This document shows, piece by piece, positions 19,469 to 29,123 of a stretch of 64,000 nt of DNA. Source of the stretch: Parcubacteria group bacterium Gr01-1014_20 (GTDB lineage: Bacteria > Patescibacteriota > Minisyncoccia > UBA6257 > 2-01-FULL-56-20); assembly GCA_007376265.1 (NCBI GenBank), contig VMFW01000005.1, positions 198 to 64,197 on the forward strand, read 5' to 3'. The notes below the pieces were generated by a model. That model was not told the origin of the DNA, did no database searches, and worked only from the letters and a program-made list of their open reading frames with translations. Position numbers and translations under genes: made by a program. How positions within the stretch are numbered: position 1 is the stretch's first letter; every line of letters starts with the position of its first letter.

Positions 19469-20197
19469 TTAGGACTCGTAGAGGGTGTAGCCGACTTTTT
19501 GGCCATCCTCGTAAAACATCTTAACGGTTTCGATCGAGAGCGTGTGGTGGTCATAGCCCACCATAGCTAGTTTTTTCAAGATGTCATGAGTAACGGTAAT
19601 GATATGGGCGCCAATTTCTTCGGCCTGATAGATATTGTAGAGTTCGCGGGTGGAAGCCCAGAGGAGCTCAAACTTCGGATATTTTGAAATCATTTCTTTG
19701 GCTTGGCGCATAATCGGCATGGGGTCGACGCCGGTATCGGCAATGCGGCCGGCAAAGACGGAGATAATAGCTGGGTTTTCCGGATTTAATGAGTTCACAA
19801 CCGTCTCAACTTGAGGAACGGTGAGGATGGCGGTCACGTTAAGCTTCACGCCGTTTCCCGAGAGTTTTTTTATAAGTCCGGCCGAAGACTCGCCCTTAGT
19901 ATTGGCGACCGGGATCTTTACGTAAACATTCGGAGCCCAGGCGGCGATGATTCTCGCCTGACGTTCCATCTCGTTGAATTCATCTGAGAAAACTTCAAAG
20001 GAGATGGGCTTGTCTTTAATGAAGGAGAGGATGTCTTTGGCAAATAAGGCATAGTCGGTAACACCGGCTTTGCGCATGAGCGTGGGATTGGTGGTTAGAC
20101 CCTTAATAAATGACTCCTTGGCTAGGGCGATCATGCCATCGCGCTCGGCGCCATCGGCAAAGATCTTTACCTTTAATTCTTCTACCTTTTTAGGCAT
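19469..20197 (-). CDS. transaldolase family protein (LmbR-like role)
   Basis: FADGA, GLTTNPTLM, VYVKIP (Schiff-base Lys), NVTA, SVFAGRIAD, LWASTR. Confidence 0.93.
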   Translation of the reverse strand: MPKKVEELKVKIFADGAERDGMIALAKESFIKGLTTNPTLMRKAGVTDYALFAKDILSFIKDKPISFEVFSDEFNEMERQARIIAAWAPNVYVKIPVANTKGESSAGLIKKLSGNGVKLNVTAILTVPQVETVVNSLNPENPAIISVFAGRIADTGVDPMPIMRQAKEMISKYPKFELLWASTRELYNIYQAEEIGAHIITVTHDILKKLAMVGYDHHTLSIETVKMFYEDGQKVGYTLYES

Positions 20198-20236
20198 CTT
20201 TTGATGCTACGACGAAAGGGGCTCTCTTGTAAAGAG

Positions 20237-21244
20237 TTAGAGTCTGATACTCTTCTTACTTTTTGACGAGACGTAGATGGCCTCAACAATCTGGTTGGCC
20301 CTTAACCCATCTTTGGAAGTGCCTACTATTTTTGCTTTTTTGTTTAATGCTTTCAAGAAATTTCCCCACTCTTCTTCCCAGCTTGTGTCTCTTCCGAACT
20401 CAAAAGTTTTCATACCTGGAACACCAAACTCTGGCTTTCTCTTGCCGAACATAAGCGTTTCTTTGCCGTAACTGCCACCTTTGCCATCAATCGTTAAAAA
20501 ACCTTTGTCACCGAAAATCTCAAAGGAGAACAGGTTTTTCCATTGTGTGGCGCTAACATGAAGGCTAGCCGTGACGGCTTTATTTTTCAAAATCATGAAA
20601 GCGTTGTCTTCGACCTTGGCTTTCCAAAACTTTGTTTCAACAGCCCCAAAAACTTCGTTGAACTCTCCGGCGAAGAAACGACAGAGATCGATGAGGTGAA
20701 CACCCTGGTCAAGCAGCTCGCCACCGCCCGACATGTCTTTACTAAAACGCCACTCATGCTCCATACCCTTTCTGCCGCCCTGGCCATACCTCCCCCTAAT
20801 AAACATGATTTTGCCAATACCCCCTCGATCAAAAATTTCTTTGGCTTTAATGATGGCGGCGTGAAAACGGTGGTTGAAACCTACTTTAACCAAGCGTTTG
20901 TATTTCAAGGCAGCGGCGATAATTTTTTTCGCTTCGGCGACATTCCGGCCGAAAGGCTTTTCGCAAAGAAGATGCTTGCCATTCTGCAAAGCTTCGATGG
21001 CGATCGGGGCTAAAAACTTATTGGGGACGGAAATAATAACCACGTCGACATCCTTCCGTTTGGCTAGCGATCGCCAATCTTTTTCGACTTGAGCTTGGTG
21101 TTTCTGGGCTAGAGCTTCGGCTTTTTTTATATCGATGTCGGTTACGGCGACAAGCCGACTACCTCGGGTAGCACTAATAGCCTCGGCTCGGCGGTAGCCC
21201 ATGAGACCGGAACCGACAATGCCGACCTTAATTATTTTTCCCAT
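20237..21244 (-). CDS. Gfo/Idh/MocA oxidoreductase (LmbZ-like role)
   Basis: VGSGLMG, LCEKP, GFNHRF, GGGELLDQGVHLID. Confidence 0.9.
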   Translation of the reverse strand: MGKIIKVGIVGSGLMGYRRAEAISATRGSRLVAVTDIDIKKAEALAQKHQAQVEKDWRSLAKRKDVDVVIISVPNKFLAPIAIEALQNGKHLLCEKPFGRNVAEAKKIIAAALKYKRLVKVGFNHRFHAAIIKAKEIFDRGGIGKIMFIRGRYGQGGRKGMEHEWRFSKDMSGGGELLDQGVHLIDLCRFFAGEFNEVFGAVETKFWKAKVEDNAFMILKNKAVTASLHVSATQWKNLFSFEIFGDKGFLTIDGKGGSYGKETLMFGKRKPEFGVPGMKTFEFGRDTSWEEEWGNFLKALNKKAKIVGTSKDGLRANQIVEAIYVSSKSKKSIRL

Positions 21245-22068
21245 TTGATTCTTCTTAGGGTAAAGGCATCACTTCGACTGATTTTTTCTACCTCCTCTTT
21301 GGTCCAATCATCGTATTTGTCCCAAACAGCACTCAAGAATTTTCCCGTAAGGCCGTCGGAGCCAGATGAGGCCAAAAAGAGGCACAGGTCTGCGGCTTTT
21401 TCCGGGGAGACTCCGCCGTCTTTCTTTTGTTTAAGTAGTTCTTCATATTTTTCTTTTCCCAGTTTGCTCTCGCCAGCCGATAGGGCATCCTCTAAGAATT
21501 TGGTGTTGACCGGGCCGGGAGCAATGCAGTTTATATCAACATTATAGCCTTTAACTTCGGCGGCAAGGGTCTCGGTTAGTCGAACAATTGCCCCCTTCGA
21601 AGAGTTGTAGGCACTAAAATTAGGAAGGGGGCCGTCACCGCCACCGGAAAAGTTGATAATCTTACCGGATTTTCTTTCGATCATTTTCGATAAAACTGCT
21701 TGAATCATTTGAAAAGTTCCAAACACGTTGATTTCGTAAGTTTGCTTCCAATGTTTAATGTCAACTTCAGCCGAAGGGCCGATGGGGCCATAAATGCCGG
21801 CCGAATTAACCAAAATGTCGACGGGCTTAAAAGTTTTTTCGGTTTTTGAAACCAAGGCCAGACAGTCTTCGATTTTGGAAACATCGGCTACCTGGCAGGC
21901 GACTTCAGGAGAAATTGTTTTTAATTCTTTGAAGGCCCTCACGAGTTCATCTTCTCGCCGAGCCGAAATCATGACACGGGCGCCTTCTCTTAAGTAGGCC
22001 TCGGCTATCTTAAAACCGATGCCGCCACTACCGCCCGTAATTATGGCTACCTTACTTTTTAGCTTCAT
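21232..22068 (-). CDS. short-chain dehydrogenase/reductase
   Basis: TGGSGGIG, NSAG, YNSSK, IAPG. Confidence 0.92.
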   Translation of the reverse strand: MKLKSKVAIITGGSGGIGFKIAEAYLREGARVMISARREDELVRAFKELKTISPEVACQVADVSKIEDCLALVSKTEKTFKPVDILVNSAGIYGPIGPSAEVDIKHWKQTYEINVFGTFQMIQAVLSKMIERKSGKIINFSGGGDGPLPNFSAYNSSKGAIVRLTETLAAEVKGYNVDINCIAPGPVNTKFLEDALSAGESKLGKEKYEELLKQKKDGGVSPEKAADLCLFLASSGSDGLTGKFLSAVWDKYDDWTKEEVEKISRSDAFTLRRIKWEK

Positions 22069-22071
22069 AAT

Positions 22072-23382
22072 TTAATTTCGACCAGTACCTAAGTAGATAA
22101 AGCCGACTTTTTTGATTTCATCTTCTTTATCCCAAAAGAAATTGTTCGTGTCAAAGAAGAGGGCTCCGGGTTTTGCTAGAGTCGAGAGTTTTGATAAATC
22201 TAGGTTTTTAAAACTTGGCCACGGCGTTATAAAGATTAAGGCGTCAGCCCCCTCGACGGTTTTATATGGGTCCATGGAAAAGTCGAACTGGCCGTAGGTT
22301 GAAACCTCGGATATGTCCGCCTCCGGATCGTGAAGCTTCAGAATGGCGCCTAGTTCTTTTAACTCTTTGGCAACTTCCATAGAGCGAGAACGGCGAAGGG
22401 TTTTGGTGCCAACCTTGTAGGTGAGACCAAAGATACCGACCGTTTTGTCCGTTATTGAATTCAGGCAACTTTTTATTTTAGAGATAGCTAAATCTTTTCT
22501 GGATTCGTTCTTAGAGAAAACGTTTTTGATTATAGGTAGATCTAGGTCTCCTTCGCTCGCTAGACTCATCAGGATCTTTAGATCTCGCCCGAGAGTGGCG
22601 CCAGAAAATCCTAAACCAGCATCTAAGAAGGCTTTGGGTCCAATGCGAGGTTCGGAACGAAGGGCGCGACTAACAGAGAGGACATCCGCTCCGGTTTTCT
22701 CGCAGGCGTCGGCAATGTCATTTATAAAACTTACCGAAGTAGCCAGGAAGCTGTTTATGGCGTGCTTCGACATTTCGGCTGATGCCGGAGACATTTCCAA
22801 GAACTCGGCTTTCAAGCCAGAGAAGATATCTTTGAGTTTTTGAGAGGCGCTCATACTATCGGTGCCGATAATTATCCGAGTGGGATTAAAAAAACATTTC
22901 ACGGCTTCTCCGAGCCGAAGGTTTTCGGGGGTGTAGGCGTAGTCGAAGTTTAAATCGGGACGTTTTGTTTTTATGAATTCACACATTTTCTTAGAGGTTC
23001 CGATGGGGATTTGGCTCGTCATAACAATGAGAGTCGCTTCGCTGATAAAAGGGAGGGATTTTTCCAGGTTTTGCCAAATGGGACTTAGGTCAACCTCATC
23101 CGCGTCGTTGACTGGGGTGTCAAAAGTAAACCACAGAACATTGCAATTTTTTATTTCTTCAAAATTGGTAGAAAAACTCAACCGGCCAGCCGAAAAGTTT
23201 TTTTGGATCAGCTCCTGAAGTTCTGGTTCTGGCAGCGGGGGGAGGGCTTTTTTAAAATTATCGATTAGGGCGTTGTCTTCAGAAATTCCGACTACCATGT
23301 GCCCTAAATCGGCTAGACCGGCAGAGTAAATTTCACCAAGATGCCAAAGCCCAAGAATGGCAATTTTATATGGGGATGCCAT
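22072..23382 (-). CDS. UDP-glucose/GDP-mannose dehydrogenase-fold protein lacking catalytic Cys (LmbL-like)
   Basis: GLWHLG, DTP, PENLR.G, AEMSKHA.N, GLTYK; GFSGATLGRD where canonical enzymes have GGSC.PKD. Confidence 0.85.
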   Translation of the reverse strand: MASPYKIAILGLWHLGEIYSAGLADLGHMVVGISEDNALIDNFKKALPPLPEPELQELIQKNFSAGRLSFSTNFEEIKNCNVLWFTFDTPVNDADEVDLSPIWQNLEKSLPFISEATLIVMTSQIPIGTSKKMCEFIKTKRPDLNFDYAYTPENLRLGEAVKCFFNPTRIIIGTDSMSASQKLKDIFSGLKAEFLEMSPASAEMSKHAINSFLATSVSFINDIADACEKTGADVLSVSRALRSEPRIGPKAFLDAGLGFSGATLGRDLKILMSLASEGDLDLPIIKNVFSKNESRKDLAISKIKSCLNSITDKTVGIFGLTYKVGTKTLRRSRSMEVAKELKELGAILKLHDPEADISEVSTYGQFDFSMDPYKTVEGADALIFITPWPSFKNLDLSKLSTLAKPGALFFDTNNFFWDKEDEIKKVGFIYLGTGRN

Positions 23383-23394
23383 TGAGTCGTATAC

Positions 23395-24381
23395 TTAAAA
23401 ATCAACGAGAACCTTAGAGCCCTCAAAGTCGAAGCGATAGCTCATTTCTCTCAAGCCCAACCCTCTCATGGCTTCCCGGAACTTCTTTTTGTTGTCTTCG
23501 ATGTAGAAAGTGAAGAAGCCTCCTCCGCCAGCACCAGAAATTTTGCCACCTAAAGCGCCATTTTGCTTGGCGTTCTCGTAGATTTTATCGAATTTTTCGT
23601 TGGTTATGCCGCCGGCGAGCTTTTTCTTGTGAGCCCAGTGAGCATCGAAGAGTCGGCCAACTTCGGTAATATTGCCGGATTCTACGGCTTCAAGGATTTC
23701 GTACCCTAACTCCTTGATATAGTGCATGCTCTCAGTAACATCTTTGTTGTCTACCCTCAGGGCGCTTGAGGTACTAGTTAAAATCGGGTCGGCGCTTCTC
23801 GTGTCTCCAGTGAAAAAAATCAGAAGATTATTATTCAGATCGTCGGCTACCTCTTGTGAGACGTTAGCTTTTCTAACTTTTACTTTACCGTCTTTTTCAA
23901 TTTCGAGAACCGTCAATCCTCCGAAAGCGGCCATATAGCCGTCTTGTTTACCGATGGGTCTTTTTAAGACTTCGGCTTCCACCCGAAAGTCTTCTTCGGC
24001 TAAATCTCCCAGAGAGACATAGTCCCTTTTTAAAACGTGGAGGGCGTGCAAGAGACCCACGGTGTAACAGCTGGAGGAACCGAGGCCAGTGCCGGCTGAA
24101 ATATCGGCGATAGAGCTAATCTCAATCCCCTTCTCGACACCCATCATTCTTAAAACCTCGCGGGCGATTTCGTGCTGAATTTCGTCCAAGCGCTCGACGG
24201 TTTCGGCTTTGGAATACTTTAAGCGGATGAGGTCGTCGACAACCGGCCGATTCACATCAACAAACATATATTTGTTAATGCCAGCCGAAAATATAAAACC
24301 GCCATATTTCTCGTAGTAGGACGGCAGATCGGTGCCGCCACCGCCCAAGGTAACCCTGAATGGGGTGCGAGTGACAATCAT
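23395..24381 (-). CDS. GHMP sugar-phosphate kinase (HddA/LmbP-like)
   Basis: PFRVTLGGGGTD, GTGLGSS, GKQD, GGKISGAGGGGF. Confidence 0.92.
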   Translation of the reverse strand: MIVTRTPFRVTLGGGGTDLPSYYEKYGGFIFSAGINKYMFVDVNRPVVDDLIRLKYSKAETVERLDEIQHEIAREVLRMMGVEKGIEISSIADISAGTGLGSSSCYTVGLLHALHVLKRDYVSLGDLAEEDFRVEAEVLKRPIGKQDGYMAAFGGLTVLEIEKDGKVKVRKANVSQEVADDLNNNLLIFFTGDTRSADPILTSTSSALRVDNKDVTESMHYIKELGYEILEAVESGNITEVGRLFDAHWAHKKKLAGGITNEKFDKIYENAKQNGALGGKISGAGGGGFFTFYIEDNKKKFREAMRGLGLREMSYRFDFEGSKVLVDF

Positions 24382-24413
24382 GCCTCCATGTTATCCCAAA
24401 CAAACTAAATTGT

Positions 24414-25349
24414 CTATTTCAGGCGGCCAAGTTCTTTTTCTTTGCTTAGAAAGTCTACCAGCGCCTGGATTCCCTCTTCGATGCCGGTTTTTGGAGACCA
24501 TCCGATTTTTCTGGCTTCGCTTATGTCAGCTAGAGTAATTTGGGCTTCACCCGAGAGGTTAGGTTTAAAAACCGGATCAACACTAGAGGCTAGTAATTTT
24601 TTTATGACGTTATAAATTTCGAGGATGGAGTTGTTGGTGCCACTCCCAAGATTAAAAACCTTGCCGTCGGTTCTGGGGTCGGTAATACAAAGCAACATAA
24701 AATCGTTGAAGTCTTCGATATACAGGAAGTCTCGCCGCTTGGAACCGTCGCCGTAGATTATGGGTTGTTCGCCTTTGAGGAGTTTAATGATGAAGGCTGG
24801 CATGGATGGAGGAATGGTGCGCCGATAGTCTTGCTTAGAACCGTAGACACTAAAGGGTCGGATGCCGGTTGAAACAACGCCGTGAAACTCGGCGTACTTT
24901 CTTGCAAACAGATTGCCGCAAACCTTACTAACGGCATAAAAACTGTCGGGGGCGACGTTGGCTTCTGGGGTCGGAAAGATATCAATGCCTTCATAAACAG
25001 CGGAAGACTCGGCATTGACAACTTTGCTCACTTTAGCTCGGCGAGCGGCTTCGAATACGTTCGCGGTTCCCACGACGTTGATATCGGCAGTTTCAACTGG
25101 ATCTTCTTGGCAGTCCTCAATGCAGTTTTTGGCCGCTAAGTGAAAAACGGCGTCAACCCCGTGGAATAGAGGGTATATATCTTTGGATCGGATATCGAGT
25201 TTGTGAAAATCGACCCCCTTAGGAATCTGCTCGAAGACACCATAGGACAAGTTATCGATGCCTAAAACTTCGTAGCCGCTACCCAATAACCGATCGGCAA
25301 GGTTCGAACCAATGAACCCGGCGACTCCGGTTACGAGAACCTTTTTCAT
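24414..25349 (-). CDS. NAD-dependent epimerase (GalE/LmbM-like)
   Basis: TGVAGFIGS, HLAA, YAVSK, GDGSKRRDFLY. Confidence 0.9.
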   Translation of the reverse strand: MKKVLVTGVAGFIGSNLADRLLGSGYEVLGIDNLSYGVFEQIPKGVDFHKLDIRSKDIYPLFHGVDAVFHLAAKNCIEDCQEDPVETADINVVGTANVFEAARRAKVSKVVNAESSAVYEGIDIFPTPEANVAPDSFYAVSKVCGNLFARKYAEFHGVVSTGIRPFSVYGSKQDYRRTIPPSMPAFIIKLLKGEQPIIYGDGSKRRDFLYIEDFNDFMLLCITDPRTDGKVFNLGSGTNNSILEIYNVIKKLLASSVDPVFKPNLSGEAQITLADISEARKIGWSPKTGIEEGIQALVDFLSKEKELGRLK

Positions 25350-25395
25350 AAAGTATAGGGTAGCATGGCAAAAACTAGGTGTCTAACACACCGTC

Positions 25396-26265
25396 CTACA
25401 AGCGATCATACTTACTCTTTCGGTAGGATAGAAAAAGGGGCATAAGAACCCAGGAAAAGGGCGGGGTCTTTAGGAAGATCCCCAAGATTTTCATTCGGCG
25501 CCAATGAGCTCTAAGCACTTCGATAGTTTTTGAATACTTCTCGCGATCGGTTTTGGAAAACCAAGATTCAACAATATCCAACATTTTCGGAAATTGCTCG
25601 GCGGTGCGAATCAGGTAGTCACTTCGGTAGGAGTCGTTAGTCGTGTGAAGCCGGAGTAGACCAACAACTTTGTCGAGGTAGTAAAATTGGGCACCGTGAT
25701 AGGCAAGATTAATCCAAACATAGTGTTCATCGCAGGCGTACCAGCCCTCTTCGAAAGCGCCGAACTTATCAAAAAACTCTTTTCTCACCAAAACAGTTAG
25801 AACATTAATGAAATTTTGAGGGAGAACTTGCTCGAAAATGTTGCCAGAAAATCGGGGTTGATCGTTTTTGTAAAGAGTAGCGGTGTCGCTCCCGTAAAAA
25901 TAGTGAATCTTAGCGTAGGAAACACCACATTCGGGATGAGCTTCCATGAAGGCAACTTGGTCTTCGATTTTATTTTTTAGAAAAATATTGTCGGCGTCCA
26001 AGAAAGCGACGTACTTACCGGCGGCCTGCCGGATGCCAGCGTTTCTGGCTGAAGCCATTTTCTGATTGGTCTGGAAGATGTATCGGATGCGACGATCTTT
26101 TTCGGCATAGCTTTTTGCGATGTGGGCGGTTGCGTCAGTCGATCCATCATCAACGATAATTAGTTCCCAATTCGAATAAGTTTGGGCGATGACGCTTTCG
26201 ATCGTCTCCCGCAGAAAACCGGCAGCGTTGTAGGCGGGAATAACGATGGAAACCAGAGGTTTCAT
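25396..26265 (-). CDS. glycosyltransferase family 2
   Basis: VSIVIPAYN, VDDGSTD, ARNAGI, FLDAD; start reset to ATG 26265. Confidence 0.92.
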   Translation of the reverse strand: MKPLVSIVIPAYNAAGFLRETIESVIAQTYSNWELIIVDDGSTDATAHIAKSYAEKDRRIRYIFQTNQKMASARNAGIRQAAGKYVAFLDADNIFLKNKIEDQVAFMEAHPECGVSYAKIHYFYGSDTATLYKNDQPRFSGNIFEQVLPQNFINVLTVLVRKEFFDKFGAFEEGWYACDEHYVWINLAYHGAQFYYLDKVVGLLRLHTTNDSYRSDYLIRTAEQFPKMLDIVESWFSKTDREKYSKTIEVLRAHWRRMKILGIFLKTPPFSWVLMPLFLSYRKSKYDRL

Positions 26266-26266
26266 C

Positions 26267-26974
26267 TTATATTTTCTTGTCTTTGATGTCGGACAGCCAG
26301 GCCTCAAGTATTTTAACTTCGCTACCCACCATGGATTTTTCCAGGATTTTCTTGATGATGTCGGGATAGTCGCTCTCGCCTCTAGACTTTTTCGCATAAC
26401 AGACGATATTGGGGAGAAAATTAAACCCGAATTTACTTAAGTTTTTTAGGGCGCCTTCGGCTTTTGAAAGGCCGATCGATTTGGCGAGCGGGATTTTGCT
26501 CTCTAGGTTGTTAGAGAATTTTTCAAACTTGAAGTCATCAAACCCGATTTTACTCAGCACATAGCGATACTTGGTTTCAGACCAAAAATCTTTGTGGTAG
26601 GCCCAAGAAGCTTCGTGGGAGCCAAAAATGTGCCGACCGAGAACAAATTGATCATCCAGAGACGCCTTCACAAATTTCTTGGCAGACTCTTCAAAATCCG
26701 GAGTTTCGACAACTAGAAGTCCCCCAATTTTTAGCCAGCGATGCCATCTCGCAATCAGGAGCAAGGCTTCTTGTCTCGAAAAATGCTCAAGGAGATGGTG
26801 CGACCTAATTTCATCAACAGTATTGGTTTCGTAATCAAGGTCACGGACGTCGGCATAGAGATCGGCTCTGACCTCCTGGGCGGTGTGTTCGCTCGGGGGT
26901 AGGTCTATATTGATATAGCCGGGCAAGTATTTTTCCTGGCAGCCGAGGTGAAGTTTAATTTTTTTTTCTTCCAT
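26267..26974 (-). CDS. class I SAM-dependent methyltransferase
   Basis: LHLGC...GYINID, HLLEHF, LKIGG...ETPD. Confidence 0.85.
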   Translation of the reverse strand: MEEKKIKLHLGCQEKYLPGYINIDLPPSEHTAQEVRADLYADVRDLDYETNTVDEIRSHHLLEHFSRQEALLLIARWHRWLKIGGLLVVETPDFEESAKKFVKASLDDQFVLGRHIFGSHEASWAYHKDFWSETKYRYVLSKIGFDDFKFEKFSNNLESKIPLAKSIGLSKAEGALKNLSKFGFNFLPNIVCYAKKSRGESDYPDIIKKILEKSMVGSEVKILEAWLSDIKDKKI

Positions 26975-26976
26975 GA

Positions 26977-28023
26977 CTACAGTTGTAACCCGAGATGTTT
27001 AAATAGCGACTGAAACCTTTTTTCATAGGTGTGCTCGGAGAGAGTGCGTTTATAACCGGCCTCAGCTATTTTTTCTCTCTCGCTCGCGTGAGTTAGATAA
27101 TATCTTATTTTTTCCTCGAGGTCACCAAGGGACCGGTAAAAGACCATTTCCTCGTTTTCCTCATAGTAACTACCAATATCTTCCGAATAACCGGAGATGG
27201 TAAAGGCCCGACAACCGGCTAGTTCGAAGGGGCGGGCATGGGTGTGGGGGATTGGGTAGTGAAGGTAGGCTCGGAGATTATCGACAATATGAAAGTCTGG
27301 TTTTATGGTGTCGACTGATTTTCTGAAAAGAATTCTACCCAAAACATTTCGATCCGCAAGGCTTCCGCGCGCATTAATGTTCAAATTGATTTTGCTACGA
27401 CTAAAGACTTGGAGCATTTCTTCTTGAGAAACCTTGCCGCCAGGCCATCCGAAACCGAAAGCTTTAACGCTGATGCCGTGGCAAGCTAGGTGTTCGACGA
27501 CCCGACCGCGGCCAGATTTATATTGACCCACAAAACCAACCTCGATGTCTTTTTCAGTTTGGACGGGTTTATAAAGTTTGACGTTACAGGCCCACTGGGA
27601 AAGAAGGACGTTCTTATATCCCGCTTGCCGATACCAGTCTACGGCCTTCGAGTAAGTGGTAACAACTAAATCAAAATAGGGCGCCCAGTTTTTGGAGTAG
27701 TTCCAAAAGCGCCAGTAGTCGTCAGCGAACCAAGCAACCGTTCTTGTTCGACCCCCAGTTTTAATCTTTTCTAAAACCGCCTTGTCTAGCTCGTCGGTGT
27801 ACATAAAGGCGAAAAGCAAGTCGGGTTTTTCTTTATCTACGAGCTCAAGCAACCTTTTGTTGAACTTGTCTAAACCAATTTCCGGAATAACATCAAAGGG
27901 GTATTCAATGACTTCTACCCCCGGCAAGGTCTTTAGGGTGAGGTAAAAATTCGTGTACTCAAAGCTCGGCCTTCTAGTTGAACCGTAGGCGTCGTAGTGA
28001 ATGCCAGTATAGACAATTTTCAT
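26977..28023 (-). CDS. CgeB-like GT-B glycosyltransferase
   Basis: WFADD, FVGQ, SKINLN, RPFELAGC, EHTYEKR. Confidence 0.85.
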   Translation of the reverse strand: MKIVYTGIHYDAYGSTRRPSFEYTNFYLTLKTLPGVEVIEYPFDVIPEIGLDKFNKRLLELVDKEKPDLLFAFMYTDELDKAVLEKIKTGGRTRTVAWFADDYWRFWNYSKNWAPYFDLVVTTYSKAVDWYRQAGYKNVLLSQWACNVKLYKPVQTEKDIEVGFVGQYKSGRGRVVEHLACHGISVKAFGFGWPGGKVSQEEMLQVFSRSKINLNINARGSLADRNVLGRILFRKSVDTIKPDFHIVDNLRAYLHYPIPHTHARPFELAGCRAFTISGYSEDIGSYYEENEEMVFYRSLGDLEEKIRYYLTHASEREKIAEAGYKRTLSEHTYEKRFQSLFKHLGLQL

Positions 28024-28024
28024 A

Positions 28025-29122
28025 TTAGAAATATGATTCGAAAATACTTACGAGTCGTTCAGTATGTTTTTCCTTGCTAAACTTTTCTTGGTAATCCTCG
28101 GAATTCAGGAACTTCACTATATTTTCTGTGTAATTCATGTAGGTGTTTTCGTCCATGTTCTTTAGATGATAATCCAACTCCTTAAGATTCTTGAACTTCC
28201 TAAAATCTATAAAACAACTACTCGGAACATAGCTGGCTATGTCTGGCGCCCCAAAGTAGATGGGTACTGAACCGGCAAACAGTGCATCTATGATTTTTTC
28301 GGTTATGTATCCGCCGTAAGTACAATTTTCGAAAGACAGATTAAACTTGTAGTTTTGTAGGGTCTTGAATTTGTTTGTCACCTCCCCTCGATAGCTTACT
28401 TTTATATTCTTGCCGTATTTACCAAAAGTATACCGAACTGGTTTTTGCCAGTCGTGACCATAAAGATCAAACTTTGGATCGTGGGAAAAATACTCAATAA
28501 GCTTGAGTCTTTCCTTGTAGAGCTCAACATTGGTAAAAGTGGGAAGGGGGTGAATCGGGTTCATAATGTACGAATAGAGCCTCTTTAGTTTGTGGATTCT
28601 CTTATTGGCACTAATCAGGCTCAAGTATTTGGGTCGGGCAAAATTTCCCGGCACTATGTCCTCTCTTGTGTAAGATTGAGGGCAAACAAAGGGGTGAAAT
28701 TTGGTTTTGGGAGAAACGGAGTTTGCCGCACCTCCAGCCATGAAGGTATGGTCAAAGTAGGCAGTTTCTTTTTTTAAATTATAAAAGAAGCGGACTGGGT
28801 AAATAGGGCCTTCGATTACCATTAAGACTGCTGGATGAAGACCGGTGTTAATTAGAAGTTCGGTGTCATCCGAAATACAATCATCACGGACAAGAATGGC
28901 TTTGGGCAGTTCACTTCTAAACCTTAGATAAATGTCGGGGGTTAAGAGCTGAATGCCTTTTTTCAAACACTCCTCGTAAAGATAGGGGGTGATCCCGGTG
29001 TGTTCGCCATTCGAGGGACTTTTCTCAAATAGCAGATTCTTTACCCCGAAAGGGTTAGTGCGATAACCAGCGTTATAAACCACTATTTTTTTGTCTTTTA
29101 TTTGCTCGAGAGAAATCTCCAT
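28025..29122 (-). CDS. GT10 alpha-1,3-fucosyltransferase-like glycosyltransferase
   Basis: YKFNLSFEN...GYITEKI.DA..AGSVPIY.G motif. Confidence 0.88.
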   Translation of the reverse strand: MEISLEQIKDKKIVVYNAGYRTNPFGVKNLLFEKSPSNGEHTGITPYLYEECLKKGIQLLTPDIYLRFRSELPKAILVRDDCISDDTELLINTGLHPAVLMVIEGPIYPVRFFYNLKKETAYFDHTFMAGGAANSVSPKTKFHPFVCPQSYTREDIVPGNFARPKYLSLISANKRIHKLKRLYSYIMNPIHPLPTFTNVELYKERLKLIEYFSHDPKFDLYGHDWQKPVRYTFGKYGKNIKVSYRGEVTNKFKTLQNYKFNLSFENCTYGGYITEKIIDALFAGSVPIYFGAPDIASYVPSSCFIDFRKFKNLKELDYHLKNMDENTYMNYTENIVKFLNSEDYQEKFSKEKHTERLVSIFESYF

Positions 29123-29123
29123 A

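Noticed and set aside
17776-25349. Actual lincosamide antibiotic cluster
   Set aside because: No aminotransferase, amino-acid adenylation/condensation, thiol-transfer or resistance genes; the context is glycosyltransferases and a flippase
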